From Opitutales bacterium (GTDB lineage Bacteria; Verrucomicrobiota; Verrucomicrobiia; Opitutales; UBA953): DNA of 64,000 nt. The stretch spans positions 258,847 to 322,846 of the forward strand of contig JBBAUX010000001.1 of NCBI GenBank assembly GCA_040398005.1, given 5' to 3'. A model generated the notes under the pieces. It worked only from the letters and a program-made list of their open reading frames with translations, had not been told where the DNA came from and ran no database searches. The translations under genes were made by a program, and so were the position numbers. Shown piece after piece: positions 28,326-38,857 of this stretch; position 1 is the stretch's first letter; each line of letters begins with the position of its first letter.

Positions 28326-29339
28326 ATGTCGGTCGCACCTTCCCAGTCACGATTCCGGATTATTCTGCTTGGTTCAGATGAAATTGCGCTTCCGTTATTT
28401 GCGTCCGTGTATGCCTCCAAAACTATTGAAGTAGTCGCCGTTTATACTCAACCCGATCGACCCGCTGGGCGCGGTCAGGAAATTAAATCTAATCCGGTGG
28501 CATTATGGGCTAAAGAAAACGGATTAAAATTATTACAGCCCGAACGACTTGCGGAAATCGACGCTCAACAACTGAAGGATTTAAACGTCGATATGGGCGT
28601 GGTCATGGCCTACGGACAAATACTGAAAGATGATTTTTTAGCGGCGACCCGTTTAGGTTTTATCAATTTCCATGGTTCACTTTTACCCGCATTAAGAGGG
28701 GCGACACCGGTTGAGTCAGCTTTAGCGCTGGGGTTTAAATCCACCGGAATTTCGATTCAACACGTCGTCAAAAAATTAGACGCTGGTCCGCTCTATGCTT
28801 CGAGTGAATTGACGATTTTACCGGATGAGGGCAGGGCTGCGTTACGTCAGCGCTTGGGCGAAACGGCGGCGGAACTTTCTCATAATTTTTTAGATAAAAT
28901 TCTTAATCAACAAATCAAACCTCAGCCACAGGCCGAATCATTAGTGACTTATACTCGCCGATTGGATCGCCCAGATGCTTCATTAGATTTCAACACCCCT
29001 GCTGCAGAAATCGTAGGCCGGGTGCGTGCTTTGGAAGGCTGGCCCGGTTCGACCTTTCCACTCGGAGATTTAATCGTCAAAGTGGGTTCGGCTTTCTTCT
29101 TAGACGAAGAACACAATCTGAATCCTGGAACGGTTGCCTTGGCTGATAAACACGGTTTGAAAGTCGCGTGCGGAAATGGATTTTGTTTATTCACGACTTT
29201 GCAACGTCCCGGTGGAAGAATGTTACCCGTGGGTGAGTTTTTGGCTGGTTGTCTGATTACCCAAGGCACCGTGATAGAGTCGCGCTCCATGCCGCCTTTG
29301 GTTTCGTCGCAGCCATTTCCGAGAGTAAAGAAGTCTTAA
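28326..29339 (+). CDS. fmt: Methionyl-tRNA formyltransferase
   Basis: VYTQPDRPAGRG, VMAYGQIL, NFHGSLLP.LRGATP, LDAGP, LQRPGGR. Confidence 0.92.
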   Translation: MSVAPSQSRFRIILLGSDEIALPLFASVYASKTIEVVAVYTQPDRPAGRGQEIKSNPVALWAKENGLKLLQPERLAEIDAQQLKDLNVDMGVVMAYGQILKDDFLAATRLGFINFHGSLLPALRGATPVESALALGFKSTGISIQHVVKKLDAGPLYASSELTILPDEGRAALRQRLGETAAELSHNFLDKILNQQIKPQPQAESLVTYTRRLDRPDASLDFNTPAAEIVGRVRALEGWPGSTFPLGDLIVKVGSAFFLDEEHNLNPGTVALADKHGLKVACGNGFCLFTTLQRPGGRMLPVGEFLAGCLITQGTVIESRSMPPLVSSQPFPRVKKS

Positions 29340-29377
29340 TCGCTTGATTTGCTGGCTCGCCTGAGGTGTCATAGCAC

Positions 29378-31456
29378 ATGCGTGCGAGGTATCTACTTGG
29401 GTTGCTGTCGCTAAGCCTTTTGGCTCAGCAGAAGGATATTCGCTTTGAACAAGTGGGTGGTGGTTCGCTGTCCGGATATACGGAAGATGAAAAAGCTGAG
29501 AAGGCGTGGGAGATGAATGCCAAAGTGATGAAGCCCACTGAAGATTCTGGAAAGTGGGACATGCAGGAATTAACGGGACGAACTTTTCAATCGGGAAAAC
29601 CATCCATCAGTTTTAGTAGTCCAAATGGCGTGGTCGATCCCACCAAGCGAATCGCTGAGGGTAAAGAGTTATTCAAGGCCTTCTCGAGCACGTTTAATTT
29701 AGCGGGTATCGGCTGGACTTGGAAGGGCACGAGCACCGGCGATACGTTTTCGATTTTAGAAGATGTGGTCGCTGAGCTTGATTTAACAAAACCCAAAGAA
29801 AAAAGATTTTCGGTAAAGGCCCAGAGATTAGATGTGACACCGACGAGCGAGGGTACGCAATTAACCTTCTCGGGTGGCGTTTCCTTTACCCGTCAAGGTG
29901 AACAAATTATCTGCGAAGCGATTGATTGCATTTTAGATGACTCAGGAGTGGGTGATAAAAATTGTAAGATTATCAAAGCACGTGGACAGGTGGTGCGCAC
30001 CTATCTCGACCAAACTATTAAAGGGGACTCGGTCGTTTATTTCCCCAAAACCGATCAGTTAAATGTCGCCGGAAATGTTAAACTCTCTGAACCAACACTG
30101 AACATTACTTCAGATACTTTGGCGTATGATGGCCGTACGGGTATTACATTATTACAGGCGACCACCGAGCCAACGGTTGCGGTGAAAGCACTACGTAAGG
30201 ATAAGTCGATGATGGAGCTGACGGGTCGGGCTGGTCGCATCGAACGCAATCTTAAATCTGGATTACAAACCTTGGTGATGGATGGTCAGGCTAATTTTAT
30301 TTCCGAACAGGGAATGCTTAATTCTCAAAAAATTTCTGTCAAAGAACTCAGCGAGGGTGGGAGTATCTTGATTGCGGATGGGTCAGTCCGCGGATTGGTT
30401 CAAGAAACTTCATTCAATGCCGAGCACGCGCGATGGGTCCAAGTGAAGGGTCAGTTGGAACTCTCGGGTAAACCTAATTTAGTCGATAAGCGTGGAATAG
30501 ATTTAATGGGTGCGCAGATTTTTTCCGATTCATTACTGCAGCAGGTTATCGTAAAGTCAGATGCGACCACTCGGGCTACGATTAAATTCCGGTCGGAGTC
30601 GGTGGCAGCTGAAGGTGGCAAGGCCGAGGCTAATCAAATTCTTATTTCTAATTCAGGCACGTCCGCTGAAGTGGATTTAACCGGTGCGGTGAAGTACTCG
30701 ATGGATAAGATGACCACCGAGTCGGATCGCTTAGTCGCTTATTCTTTACCCCGTACCGCCCAAACCAAGAGTGGCGTATTTGATCTCCAAAAATTGATAC
30801 TGACAGGCAAAGTACGATTTGCGCAGCCGGGATTAAGGGCCACGTCGGAGCGGGCAGATTTCCGCCCCAACATCGAAGTGCAGGAGATCATGGTGGATGA
30901 TAGTCTTAAGGGTAAGGTTGAATTGCTGACTCTGGGTGGCGGTACTGGGGCGACCCGGCCTAAACTTTTCTTAGAAATGGAAAACGCGAAAGTCTCCGAG
31001 TTCACCGCGGATGCTCAAGAGATTTTAAGTTCTAAAGAATTAACTAAAATATTTTTACGTGGCTCGGTCGCCATGCAAAGTCCTAACGCCAATGCCACTT
31101 GCGACCTCTTGGAAGGTTTGGCTCGTCCGGATAAGGCAGGAAATCGCTCGCCTGAGTTAATCGTGGGCCGTGGTAATGTGACGGTGAAGGCCGATGAAAC
31201 CACGGCCGTCGGTCGCACGATGGAAATTAATCCCAACACCGGGGAAGCTCGTTTGTTTGGAGATGCGCGGGTCCGTGATCGTGACGGCCACGAAGGTGTT
31301 CCCGCTCATTCGATTGTTTACGATTACACCAAGCGGGTTTGGAGAATGGACCAAGTGGTTAATCCGCAGAACCCCAAACAAGTGATCCGACCCAAAATCA
31401 TCTTAGGGCCGGAGTTTTTCCTTCCGCAGGTCAAAACGCTCGACAAGGCCCAATAA
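29378..31456 (+). CDS. LptC/LptA (OstA beta-jellyroll) multi-repeat periplasmic protein
   Basis: Signal peptide; repeated OstA-like strands (FSGGVSF, ARGQVVR, VAGNVKL, LTGAVKY, LTGKVRF, LRGSVAM, GRGNVTV, LFGDARV); directly upstream of lptB. Confidence 0.72.
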   Translation: MRARYLLGLLSLSLLAQQKDIRFEQVGGGSLSGYTEDEKAEKAWEMNAKVMKPTEDSGKWDMQELTGRTFQSGKPSISFSSPNGVVDPTKRIAEGKELFKAFSSTFNLAGIGWTWKGTSTGDTFSILEDVVAELDLTKPKEKRFSVKAQRLDVTPTSEGTQLTFSGGVSFTRQGEQIICEAIDCILDDSGVGDKNCKIIKARGQVVRTYLDQTIKGDSVVYFPKTDQLNVAGNVKLSEPTLNITSDTLAYDGRTGITLLQATTEPTVAVKALRKDKSMMELTGRAGRIERNLKSGLQTLVMDGQANFISEQGMLNSQKISVKELSEGGSILIADGSVRGLVQETSFNAEHARWVQVKGQLELSGKPNLVDKRGIDLMGAQIFSDSLLQQVIVKSDATTRATIKFRSESVAAEGGKAEANQILISNSGTSAEVDLTGAVKYSMDKMTTESDRLVAYSLPRTAQTKSGVFDLQKLILTGKVRFAQPGLRATSERADFRPNIEVQEIMVDDSLKGKVELLTLGGGTGATRPKLFLEMENAKVSEFTADAQEILSSKELTKIFLRGSVAMQSPNANATCDLLEGLARPDKAGNRSPELIVGRGNVTVKADETTAVGRTMEINPNTGEARLFGDARVRDRDGHEGVPAHSIVYDYTKRVWRMDQVVNPQNPKQVIRPKIILGPEFFLPQVKTLDKAQ

Positions 31457-31474
31457 CAACTTCCTCATCACACT

Positions 31475-32215
31475 ATGGTTGCCTCTAACGATAAGTCTCT
31501 CGTTCGCGCGCAAGTTCTGGCTAAACACTACGGTCAGGCCGTTGCGGTTAAAAATGTAAGTCTCGATTTATATGCTGGAGAGATTGTCGGTTTACTTGGA
31601 CCTAATGGCGCCGGCAAAACGACGAGCTTCTACATGATGGTGGGTTTAATTCCTGCCACGTCAGGAAATGTATTTATCGACGGCGTTGACGTCACAGCGA
31701 TGCCGATGTGGAAGCGTGCAAAAAATGGTATCGGTTATCTGCCCCAAGAATCTTCCATCTTTCGAAAACTTTCGGTCTGGGATAATGTCTTGGCGGTCGT
31801 CGAAACTCTGAAATTATCTTCGCGTGAAGCACAAGCTCGTACCGCCCAACAACTGACTGACTTAGGCTTAGAACGCCTGGCTCGCCAGCCCGCCTTCACC
31901 CTTTCTGGCGGTGAGCGACGCCGCCTAGAAATTGCCCGAGCCCTAGCCACCAATCCTCGATTCCTTTTAATGGATGAGCCGTTTAGCGGGGTGGATCCTA
32001 TTTCGGTCGCGGAGGTCCAGTCCATCATTCGCCGCCTTAAAGACAAGGGTATCGGCGTGCTTATTACCGACCATAATGTTCGGGAAACGCTTTCTATTGT
32101 CGACCGTGCCTACTTGATTCACCAAGGACAAGTGCTTGTCTCCGGCACGGCACAGGATATAGTTAATAATCCTGAAAGTCGTCGATATTATCTCGGCGAA
32201 AGTTTTAAACTATAA
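31475..32215 (+). CDS. lptB: LPS export ABC transporter ATPase
   Basis: [69 protein letters not shown]. Confidence 0.96.
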   Translation: MVASNDKSLVRAQVLAKHYGQAVAVKNVSLDLYAGEIVGLLGPNGAGKTTSFYMMVGLIPATSGNVFIDGVDVTAMPMWKRAKNGIGYLPQESSIFRKLSVWDNVLAVVETLKLSSREAQARTAQQLTDLGLERLARQPAFTLSGGERRRLEIARALATNPRFLLMDEPFSGVDPISVAEVQSIIRRLKDKGIGVLITDHNVRETLSIVDRAYLIHQGQVLVSGTAQDIVNNPESRRYYLGESFKL

Positions 32216-32222
32216 TTATAAT

Positions 32223-33197
32223 ATGCCTGCTGACGCACCAGAAACTCGCCCCGAATCCGTCTTGGTGAGTGAATTTTTCAACACCTACCGCGACATGTTG
32301 CAAATGGAACTCATCGCGGGTGCGGAGGGTTTGGATAATGTGATTTCCGAAAAATCGATTAATCGTCCAGCCTTAGCCGTGACCGGATATTTTAAAGAGT
32401 TTGCCCATCGTCGTTTACAGCTTCTCGGTGCAGGTGAAATGGCCTATCTCATGGATCAAGAGCACGATGTACGTTTGCGTTTAATGGAAGCGGTTTTCAG
32501 TAAACAAATTCCTGCGATAGTTGTCTCCCGTGGCCTGCCAGTGGATGAGTCCATTAAAGCACTCGCCGATAAACACCGCGTGCCGATTATCCGCACGCAA
32601 TTGAAGTCGAAAGATTTTTCCGCTGAAGCGACGGTCTTGCTCGAAGAAAAATTTGCCCCGCGTACCAATTTACACGCGACGTTAGTCGACATTAAAGGGG
32701 TCGGCGTTTTATTACGCGGCGCTTCCGGAGTAGGTAAGAGCGAATGTGCACTCGCTTTGATCGAGCGTGGTCACTCGCTAGTCGCCGATGATTTTGTTCT
32801 GGTTAATTTAATTGGCGATCGTGACTTACAGGGCTCCTCCAAGGAGCTCAACCGTGGCTACATGGAATGTCGCGGTATTGGTATTATTAATATCGCATCC
32901 ATCTTTGGTATTCGCTCCGTCCGTCGCGATAAACGTATCGACCTCGTCATCACCTTCGTCATTTGGCAGGCAGGGATGGACGAAGAACGCTCGGGCTTAG
33001 ATGTCGATAGCTACACCATTTTAGGCCGTAAAGTGCCGCACATGACCATTCCAGTGCGTCCGGGTCGAGATATGGCTCGTCTGGTTGAAGTCGCCGCCAT
33101 GGTGCATGCCCTGCGCAGTATGGGACACGACTCAGCGAAAGAGTTTAGCGACCGATTGATTCAGTTTATGAATCGCGGCGACGACAAGAAAGTTTAG
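32223..33197 (+). CDS. hprK: HPr(Ser) kinase/phosphorylase
   Basis: [45 protein letters not shown]. Confidence 0.95.
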   Translation: MPADAPETRPESVLVSEFFNTYRDMLQMELIAGAEGLDNVISEKSINRPALAVTGYFKEFAHRRLQLLGAGEMAYLMDQEHDVRLRLMEAVFSKQIPAIVVSRGLPVDESIKALADKHRVPIIRTQLKSKDFSAEATVLLEEKFAPRTNLHATLVDIKGVGVLLRGASGVGKSECALALIERGHSLVADDFVLVNLIGDRDLQGSSKELNRGYMECRGIGIINIASIFGIRSVRRDKRIDLVITFVIWQAGMDEERSGLDVDSYTILGRKVPHMTIPVRPGRDMARLVEVAAMVHALRSMGHDSAKEFSDRLIQFMNRGDDKKV

Positions 33198-33841
33198 TTG
33201 TGCGATCCGTCCCAGCGACAGTCGCCCATAATTCTTAAACAAATTTCTCGTAAGTCGAAGAGGGTATTTTCCATATCGCTGACCGGCTCGGCTGAACTGA
33301 GTCTCGCCGCCAAAGGAATATCTACTACTTTGCCCATGGCGCGATTGATGGCCGAAAGGGATCGCTTCATATGCACGAGAGCCAACTGCATATCGCCCGT
33401 GTCCGTGGCATTGATGGCCATGAGCACTTGATGATGGATTTCGGCGAAGGCTTGTCCGAGATGTGAAGCTTCTAACGCCGTTAAATTCGCACCGGCATTT
33501 TGACACAAGGTATCGAGCGAGCGATTGAGTTGAATGATGAGTGCCCGCGAGACGATGTAGATAGGATGCTGATGAACGCAGTAGGGCATATCGAGCGACT
33601 CGTTATCATCATCCAAGTCATCATCACTATTATCACCTGGACCCCAGTCCGCATTCTCCCAGCCCATGCGACGTGCGCTGACGTCGAGCCGATCGGGTAG
33701 GTTTTTAATTTCTGTATAATAACTTAAAAAACGAGCCACCTCTTGGTCGTTCTTTTGAAGATATTTCGACCAATTGGCCTCATTCCAAGAGGCATTGCCT
33801 GAACCATCGAATTCACCCTGAGGTTGGTCCGCATCGTGCAT
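33194..33841 (-). CDS. Hypothetical protein
   Basis: Long ORF with acidic linker and helical C-terminus; start taken at MHDADQ. Confidence 0.7.
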   Translation of the reverse strand: MHDADQPQGEFDGSGNASWNEANWSKYLQKNDQEVARFLSYYTEIKNLPDRLDVSARRMGWENADWGPGDNSDDDLDDDNESLDMPYCVHQHPIYIVSRALIIQLNRSLDTLCQNAGANLTALEASHLGQAFAEIHHQVLMAINATDTGDMQLALVHMKRSLSAINRAMGKVVDIPLAARLSSAEPVSDMENTLFDLREICLRIMGDCRWDGSHN

Positions 33842-33920
33842 ACAAACATTATTACCTAAAATCTTGTAGATGCAACCCCTACTCGTAGAAATTACACACC
33901 GAGGTAATTTCACCAAATTT

Positions 33921-34961
33921 ATGAATGAACTGAGCCAGTTTACAATGTCTTTGCTCGCCCGTCAGTCCTTGACGAAGGCTCAAGCCAGTGTGGCTGCAGG
34001 CTTAATGGCTTCACCCGAAATTTCTGACGATTTGAAGGAATCGTTTCTCATCGCGTTAGCACAAAAAGGAGAAACCGCCGAAGAGGTTGCGGGCTTCGCC
34101 TACACTTATCGTCAGCTCGCTCGTAAAATCGATTTCGGAAATACGCCAGCGCGGGCTATTGATATCGTCGGTACGGGCGGCGATCGTTCGGGGAGTTTTA
34201 ATATTTCATCTGCCTCAGCTCTCATCGTCGCCGCCGCTGGTGTGCCGGTGATTAAACACGGCAACCGTTCCATCACTTCTAAATCAGGCAGTGCCGATTT
34301 CTTAGTGGGCCTGGGAGTGCAACTCGATGCGACTGATGCGAAATTAAATCACGCTCTTAAAGAAGCGAAATTTTGTTATCTTTTCGCTCCGGCTTTCCAT
34401 TCAGCATTTAAATCGATTCTCAGCGTTCGAAAGAAAATCGCTGAACGTGGCGAAAAAACTATTTTTAATATTTTAGGTCCACTGATTAATCCTGCCCAAC
34501 CAGCCTACATGTTAGTCGGTGTTTACGATCAGCGCTGGGTTGAGCCAATGGCCTTAGCCTTGCACGACCTGGGCGTAAAACGTGGCTTGGTGGTGCATGG
34601 CCAAGTAGGCGAGGGGATGGACGAAGTCACGACCGCCGGCTCGACCATCGTGCGTGGTTGTGGTGAACTTCTTCATGTGGACGCCATCTGGTTGCCTGGA
34701 GACTTTGGTTTTAACCAAGCTCCTAGCAACGATTTAAAAGGCGGCACGCCCGAAGAGAACCTCGTTACGTTCAGTGATTTATTGGTCGGCGGAGTTGAGG
34801 AAGGTCTGCTCGATACTCTATGCCTCAGCGCTGGTACCGCATTATGGGTTGCGAACAAAGTAAAAGATCCAGCCGAAGGTGCGAAGCTCGCCCGTGATAT
34901 CATCCTCAACGGAACGTTGCGTGAGGAAGTGCGTCGACTGCGTGAAGCGTATCGCGACTAA
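33921..34961 (+). CDS. trpD: Anthranilate phosphoribosyltransferase
   Basis: KGETAEE, DIVGTGGD, FNISS, KHGNRSITSKSGSAD, TIFNILGPLINP, GMDE. Confidence 0.95.
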   Translation: MNELSQFTMSLLARQSLTKAQASVAAGLMASPEISDDLKESFLIALAQKGETAEEVAGFAYTYRQLARKIDFGNTPARAIDIVGTGGDRSGSFNISSASALIVAAAGVPVIKHGNRSITSKSGSADFLVGLGVQLDATDAKLNHALKEAKFCYLFAPAFHSAFKSILSVRKKIAERGEKTIFNILGPLINPAQPAYMLVGVYDQRWVEPMALALHDLGVKRGLVVHGQVGEGMDEVTTAGSTIVRGCGELLHVDAIWLPGDFGFNQAPSNDLKGGTPEENLVTFSDLLVGGVEEGLLDTLCLSAGTALWVANKVKDPAEGAKLARDIILNGTLREEVRRLREAYRD

Positions 34962-36244
34962 CTGAGTAACTTATGCAAAGTGCGTTCAGTCGCACCTTGA
35001 TTACTCTTATGCCATGCCACGCCCGCGGCAGATTTTTTCGTGAGGGAATTTCGATCACGCGCTAAGGCTAAAATTTCCTTCAGCACTTCTTCGGCGTCGG
35101 CGCATTTAACAGCCGCACCGTTTTTTTCTAATCCCTGACAAATTGATTTAAAGTTCGTCATATGTGGACCGTAGATAACGGGTACGCCAGCGGCCGCACA
35201 TTCGATGGGCGTTTGTCCACCATCATGCGGAGGAAGACTTTTACCGGTAAAAGCTAAATCGGCAGCACGGGTGAGTTGACGCAGTTCGCCCGTGGTATCG
35301 CCGAAATGTATGATAGTGCCTTCAGGGGCTTGTGGTCCCTTAATGGAACGTTGGTGGTAGTTTAAGCCGGAGCTTTCTAATAATTTAAGAACTGAGTCGC
35401 GACGTTCGGCATGGCGTGGGACTAATAAAAGTCGGGCATCAACCCCAGTATCACGCAAGTTCTTCAATGCTTTTAGTAAAACCGCTTCTTCGCCATCCCA
35501 GGTGGATGAACCCAGTAATACCATAGTTTCGGGTGAATTCCCAAAGCCTAATTCAGAGCGTAATTTATTTTTATCGGAAGCGGATAAAGGTCCATCCGCA
35601 CTCACATCGAATTTTAAGTTGCCCGTGACTTCGATTTGGTTTTCACGATCACAGATTGTTTTTAAACGTCTTGCGTCTTCTTCGCTTCCCGCACCAATCC
35701 AAGAAAATTGTTCAAAAAGATTTTTTGTAATCCATTTAAATTTCTGGTGACGAGCGAATGACTTATCCGACAGACGTGCATTAATCAAATACGCCGGGAT
35801 GTGACGATTTTTAGCTTGGTGTAAATGTTCGGGCCAAAGTTCGCCTTCGGCTAAAATAATTTTATCGGGTGCAATGCGCGACCACGCGATTCGGCTGAAT
35901 GGCCAAAAATCCAGTGGGAAGAATCCGATACCGATACAGAGATCTTTATATTTATCCTGGGCGATGCGATAGCCCGTACTCGTCGTCGTGGTGAGAACGA
36001 CTTCGGTTTGACCGGATGCTTTGAGTTTTTGGAGGAGGGGGCCGATGGCTTCAATTTCACCTACCGAGACGGCTTGTATCCAAATTCGACGTCGGCCCAA
36101 AGCATTCGAGGGTAGGGCGGGAAAGAGTCCAAAACGCTGGATAAACCCTTCACTGTACCCTCCACGACGTAACATTCTCCAGATATAATAGGGGGATGCT
36201 AGAATCAGCAGGGGAATGAAAATTATGCGGTAAAACCAAATCAT
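34958..36244 (-). CDS. waaA: 3-deoxy-D-manno-octulosonic acid (Kdo) transferase
   Basis: WIQAVSVGE, FPLD, EGELWP, NARLS, TGNLKFD, VPRHAER, DTTGEL, GGQTPIE. Confidence 0.94.
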   Translation of the reverse strand: MIWFYRIIFIPLLILASPYYIWRMLRRGGYSEGFIQRFGLFPALPSNALGRRRIWIQAVSVGEIEAIGPLLQKLKASGQTEVVLTTTTSTGYRIAQDKYKDLCIGIGFFPLDFWPFSRIAWSRIAPDKIILAEGELWPEHLHQAKNRHIPAYLINARLSDKSFARHQKFKWITKNLFEQFSWIGAGSEEDARRLKTICDRENQIEVTGNLKFDVSADGPLSASDKNKLRSELGFGNSPETMVLLGSSTWDGEEAVLLKALKNLRDTGVDARLLLVPRHAERRDSVLKLLESSGLNYHQRSIKGPQAPEGTIIHFGDTTGELRQLTRAADLAFTGKSLPPHDGGQTPIECAAAGVPVIYGPHMTNFKSICQGLEKNGAAVKCADAEEVLKEILALARDRNSLTKKSAAGVAWHKSNQGATERTLHKLLS

Positions 36245-36451
36245 AACGAGAACGCGCTATCTATTGTTGAATAGATTAAGAAAGTCAGCCCTTTTTCCCT
36301 TGCCAGAGAGGGTAAGGATTGTTTGAAACCACTTTCCACCGTTTGAAGCGACCGCCGATTGCTTCGAACATAACAAACCAAACAGTCAAACACCCTTGAT
36401 CCAATGTCCTCTCCTTCGGCAAGAAGCGGGATACGGAGCTAATAAAAAAAC

Positions 36452-37315
36452 ATGAACATCACAGTCAAAGACCTACTCGACGCAGGCGTCCACTTCGGAC
36501 ACCAAACACGTCGCTGGAATCCTAAATCCCGTCCTTTCATTTTCGACCACCGCAATGGTGTTTCGATTATCGATTTGGAAAAGTCACATGCGTGCCTCGC
36601 GGCCGCTGTTGCTTACCTCGAAGATACCGCTGCCAAAGGCAAAGATATCCTCTTCGTTGCAACTAAGCCCCAAGCACAAGAAGTCGTACGCCAAGCTGCT
36701 AAGTCAGTCGGCATGCCCTTCGCCGTGAATCGCTGGCTCGGTGGCACCCTCACTAATTTCGCGACCATCAAGAAGTCGCTCGATTCTTACCGTAACTATC
36801 TGCGCATGGAGCAAGACGGCTCTCTCGCTAAGATGCATAAAAAAGAAGGCGCTGCAGTGCGTCGCGAGATGTCTCGTATGCAACGTAACTTCGAAGGTTT
36901 ACTCGAATACCGCGATCTGCCTTCCGCGATGATCGTTATCGACAGCAAACAAGAAGCGATTGCCGTTAACGAAGCGAACCGCCTCAAGATTCCTGTCATC
37001 GGTCTTTGCGATTCGAATTCCGATCCTTCTGTTCTCCAATTCCCAGTTCCAGGCAATGATGACGCTGCTAAATCCATCCGTTTAATTGTCGAAGTACTGA
37101 CCCAGGCCGTTCAAACCGGAATTGCTCGTCGTAAGACTGAGCGCGATCCTCGTAAGACCGTATCGCCTATCAGCCGCTCCGAAAACGGAGAATCCGTTCA
37201 ACCTGAAGTGACTATTTCCAAAGAATTAATGGAAGCGAGCAACGGCGTTGAAGAAGAAGTAGATGGCGCTGCGAAAAGCAAAGCCCCTCGTCTCCGCAGT
37301 AAGTCCTCCAAGTAA
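36452..37315 (+). CDS. rpsB: 30S ribosomal protein S2
   Basis: LLDAGVHFGHQTRRWNPK, RWLGGTLTN, PGNDDA. Confidence 0.97.
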   Translation: MNITVKDLLDAGVHFGHQTRRWNPKSRPFIFDHRNGVSIIDLEKSHACLAAAVAYLEDTAAKGKDILFVATKPQAQEVVRQAAKSVGMPFAVNRWLGGTLTNFATIKKSLDSYRNYLRMEQDGSLAKMHKKEGAAVRREMSRMQRNFEGLLEYRDLPSAMIVIDSKQEAIAVNEANRLKIPVIGLCDSNSDPSVLQFPVPGNDDAAKSIRLIVEVLTQAVQTGIARRKTERDPRKTVSPISRSENGESVQPEVTISKELMEASNGVEEEVDGAAKSKAPRLRSKSSK

Positions 37316-37327
37316 TTTAAAACGACC

Positions 37328-38368
37328 ATGTCCGTAATTACTGCACAGACTGTAAATGATCTGCGTCAGCGCACCGGCGCTGGCCTCATGGATTGCAAGA
37401 AAGCCCTCACCGAAGCCAATGGCGAAATGGAGAAGGCCGTCGAAATCTTACGTATTAAGGGTATCGCTACTCGTAATAAAAAAGCCGATCGCAAGGCCAG
37501 CGAAGGCATTCTCGCCGTTCAAGTCGATGCTGATGGTAAATCGGCCATCTTACTTGAATTGAATTGTGAAACCGACTTCGTTGCGAAGAACGAAAACTTT
37601 ATCGCTCTCGCTAAAGACTTAGTCGGCCAAGCAACTAAGCACGGCGTCGATAACTTCCTCGATCAAGCTTACGACGCTGATACCAGCCGTAAGGTGAATG
37701 ATTTCTTAAACGATCAAGTCACCAAAATCGGCGAGAACTTAAAAGTCTCCCGCGTTTTAAAATTCCCAGCTTCAGGCTCGGGCCGCGTTTCCGCCTACGT
37801 TCACACGGGTGCGAAAATCGCCGTTCTCCTTGAGCTTTCCACGAAATCACCCGCCGGTGCCTCTCATGCCGATGTTGCTGAATTCGCCCGTCAAATGGCG
37901 ATGCAAGTCGTCGCGAATAACGGACGTTTCGTTCGTCGTGAAGATGTTTCTCCTGACGTGGTTGCGAAGGAAAAAGAAATCGCTCTCGAATTCACTAAAT
38001 CCGAAGCCGATAAAGCGATTGAAGAAGTGAAGCGCGTTATCGAAGACTATAAGGGTCAACTTGCGGAACAAACCACCGCGAACGATGCAGAGGCGATTGC
38101 TGAATTAACCAAGCGTATTGGTGTTGCCGAAAAACAACTGATTGCTGCCGAAGGTCGTAAGAAAGCTCAATTATCTAACATTGAGAAAATTGTCTCCGGC
38201 CGAGTCGACAAGTACTTCGCTGAAGTTTGCTTACTCGAACAGTCATTCTTCCGTGATCCTGATAAGAAAGTTTTAGAATTATTAGCCGAACTCTCCAAGA
38301 AAATCGGAGAAGAGGTTTCCGTAGTTCGCTTCACACGTTACACCGTCGGCGAAACCGCTGCAGAGTAA
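37328..38368 (+). CDS. tsf: Elongation factor Ts with helical insertion
   Basis: LRQRTGAGLMDCKKAL, ELNCETDFVAKN, KIGEN, CLLEQ; follows rpsB. Confidence 0.95.
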   Translation: MSVITAQTVNDLRQRTGAGLMDCKKALTEANGEMEKAVEILRIKGIATRNKKADRKASEGILAVQVDADGKSAILLELNCETDFVAKNENFIALAKDLVGQATKHGVDNFLDQAYDADTSRKVNDFLNDQVTKIGENLKVSRVLKFPASGSGRVSAYVHTGAKIAVLLELSTKSPAGASHADVAEFARQMAMQVVANNGRFVRREDVSPDVVAKEKEIALEFTKSEADKAIEEVKRVIEDYKGQLAEQTTANDAEAIAELTKRIGVAEKQLIAAEGRKKAQLSNIEKIVSGRVDKYFAEVCLLEQSFFRDPDKKVLELLAELSKKIGEEVSVVRFTRYTVGETAAE

Positions 38369-38386
38369 TTAGTCTGATTCATCACT

Positions 38387-38422
38387 AAAAGGGCCGACTT
38401 TCCCAAGAGAGTCGGCCCTTTT
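38387..38422 (+). terminator. Terminator after tsf
   Basis: AAAAGGGCCGACTTTC-CCAA-GAGAGTCGGCCCTTTT. Confidence 0.85.
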
Positions 38423-38458
38423 CTTTACATGGGTAGTTTAGGTGCTATCCTTTAGGGT

Positions 38459-38857
38459 ATGGCTTTTCGACCCGATATCTTTTGGCGATCCGCCCGCGGA
38501 CGGTGTCCCGACTGTAATGACGATATTAATCCCCTAGGAGTCTCGCTTTGGAAAAAGTTATTTAACACCCCCATGCATTGCGCGGGATGTGGGATGACCC
38601 TCCGACGCAAAGAGGGTTTTTTTCTCGGCTCGATCGTTTGGAACTACGGACTGATTTCATTCGGCGTCTTACCCGTCCTTTTACTTTGTCTGGCTAAGAA
38701 TTGGATCTCCACTGACCACGCTATCCAAGTCGCCGTGATCTCAGCTTTCATACTCCCATTTTTTATTCATGGGTTTGCCTGGAGATTATGGATTGGAACG
38801 TACTACGCATTCTTACCCGATCAGTTGCCGTCCTCCGGTCGCCGCCTAGACGACTAA
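38459..38857 (+). CDS. DUF983-like membrane protein
   Basis: RGRCPDC...CAGCG...EGFFLG followed by two TM helices. Confidence 0.75.
   Translation: MAFRPDIFWRSARGRCPDCNDDINPLGVSLWKKLFNTPMHCAGCGMTLRRKEGFFLGSIVWNYGLISFGVLPVLLLCLAKNWISTDHAIQVAVISAFILPFFIHGFAWRLWIGTYYAFLPDQLPSSGRRLDD

Noticed and set aside
36300..36451. rpsB (S2) leader RNA
   Set aside because: Expected by position and some pairing is possible, but I could not derive a confident structure by eye.
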